Shown: piece by piece, positions 63,597-64,000 of the stretch
How the letters are laid out: the number at the start of each line of letters is the position of its first letter
Position numbering within the stretch: position 1 is the first letter of the stretch
NCBI GenBank assembly: GCA_044351065.1
Contig: JBILGK010000017.1
Coordinates: 3,003-67,002, forward strand
Length of the DNA: 64,000 nt
Origin: Cyanobium sp.
GTDB lineage: Bacteria; Cyanobacteriota; Cyanobacteriia; PCC-6307; Cyanobiaceae
Direction: 5' to 3'
Notes under the pieces: model-generated
Told to the model about the DNA's origin: nothing
The model's input: the letters and a program-made list of their open reading frames with translations, nothing else
Databases searched by the model: none
Made by a program: the position numbers and the translations under genes

Positions 63597-63695
63597 AACA
63601 TCCCCCACGACATCGTCGCCAAGCTCTGGAACCTCTGCAATGTGCTGAAGGGCGATGGGGCATGCTCGAAATACTCAGCGGAAACCATCAGCTAG
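63597..63695 (+). pseudogene. hsdM: type I R-M methylase (hsdM) N-terminal stub
   Basis: The frame reads NIPHDIVAKLWNLCNVLKGDGACSKYSAETIS*. Compare the E. coli K-12 HsdM N-terminus, which I recall as NDLVAKLWKLCDNLRDGGVSYQNY. There is no start codon, it abuts the vapC stop, and it terminates after ~30 codons. Confidence 0.5.
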
Positions 63696-63809
63696 ACCGC
63701 TACAATGAGTTGCTGTAAGCGTTCAGCGGCTGTACCAATTACCGGCGGAAGCAGGCTGCGCCGCATTCGAGTCGACTTTTTCAGGAGTCTCCATTTAGGT
63801 GTCTTGAGC

Positions 63810-64000
63810 CTAGATCATGCTGGTGGGCCTGCCAATGATTCCATCTCTGGTGGCATCCACCTGGAAACTGGTCTCCAGCTCCCAAGCTTTCGATGTGTTG
63901 AACCCATCGTTGCCGCTGGAGGATTGCCAATTCCAGTTGGCATCGAGGTTCCAGATATGGAGGAAGTTAGCGGTGTTGTTGCGCAAGAGGATCTTGTTGA
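63810..64000 (-). CDS. C-terminal end of a protein entering from the right edge (FG-GAP/VCBS-like repeat flavour)
   Basis: The reverse complement reads ..NKILLRNNTANFLHIWNLDANWNWQSSSGNDGFNTSKAWELETSFQVDATRDGIIGRPTSMI*, with the stop at 63810-63812. GC is lower than the backbone. It is not in the ORF track because it has no start within the window. Confidence 0.4.
   Translation of the reverse strand, partial: NKILLRNNTANFLHIWNLDANWNWQSSSGNDGFNTSKAWELETSFQVDATRDGIIGRPTSMI

Overview
High-GC (about mid-60s %, judged by eye) picocyanobacterial chromosome segment of the Synechococcus/Cyanobium type. It holds about 60 tightly packed protein genes with many 1-4 nt overlaps. I found no rRNA, tRNA or CRISPR array. 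The backbone order gap2-murC-murB-ybaB-rsgA-tusA-like-dnaJ-grpE ... dusA-rbp-argH-PP2C-ftsY-nusB ... queG-TPR-gyrA-like ... purF-purL-PRC-dnaN | thrC is, inverted, the order I remember for the first ~25 genes of Prochlorococcus and marine Synechococcus genomes. The 398-bp dnaN-thrC spacer (33837-34234) looks like oriC. Four accessory blocks interrupt this backbone: (1) pilB-pilT-pilC plus a flavoprotein gene between grpE and dusA; (2) a secreted phytochelatin-synthase-like gene, a GT4 glycosyltransferase and a methyltransferase between the gyrA-like gene and purF; (3) a lower-GC ~4 kb glycan-modification islet at 47.9-51.9 kb with two tandem HlpA-like glycosyltransferase paralogues, an FkbM methyltransferase and a DUF5672-like gene; (4) a decayed defence islet after dnaK at 60-64 kb with an unknown two-gene operon, a gutted type I hsdR, a Uma2 nuclease, vapBC and a 30-codon hsdM stub. 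Other points worth a second look are a membrane/coiled-coil gene at 38.2-38.9 kb whose codon signal changes frame at a T5 run and which carries 5 perfect-period 21-bp repeats, a TIR-like gene start at the left edge, and an atypical PilB. Most very long ORFs in the six-frame track are antisense artefacts of high GC. All homology calls come from motif recognition by eye, with no database search.
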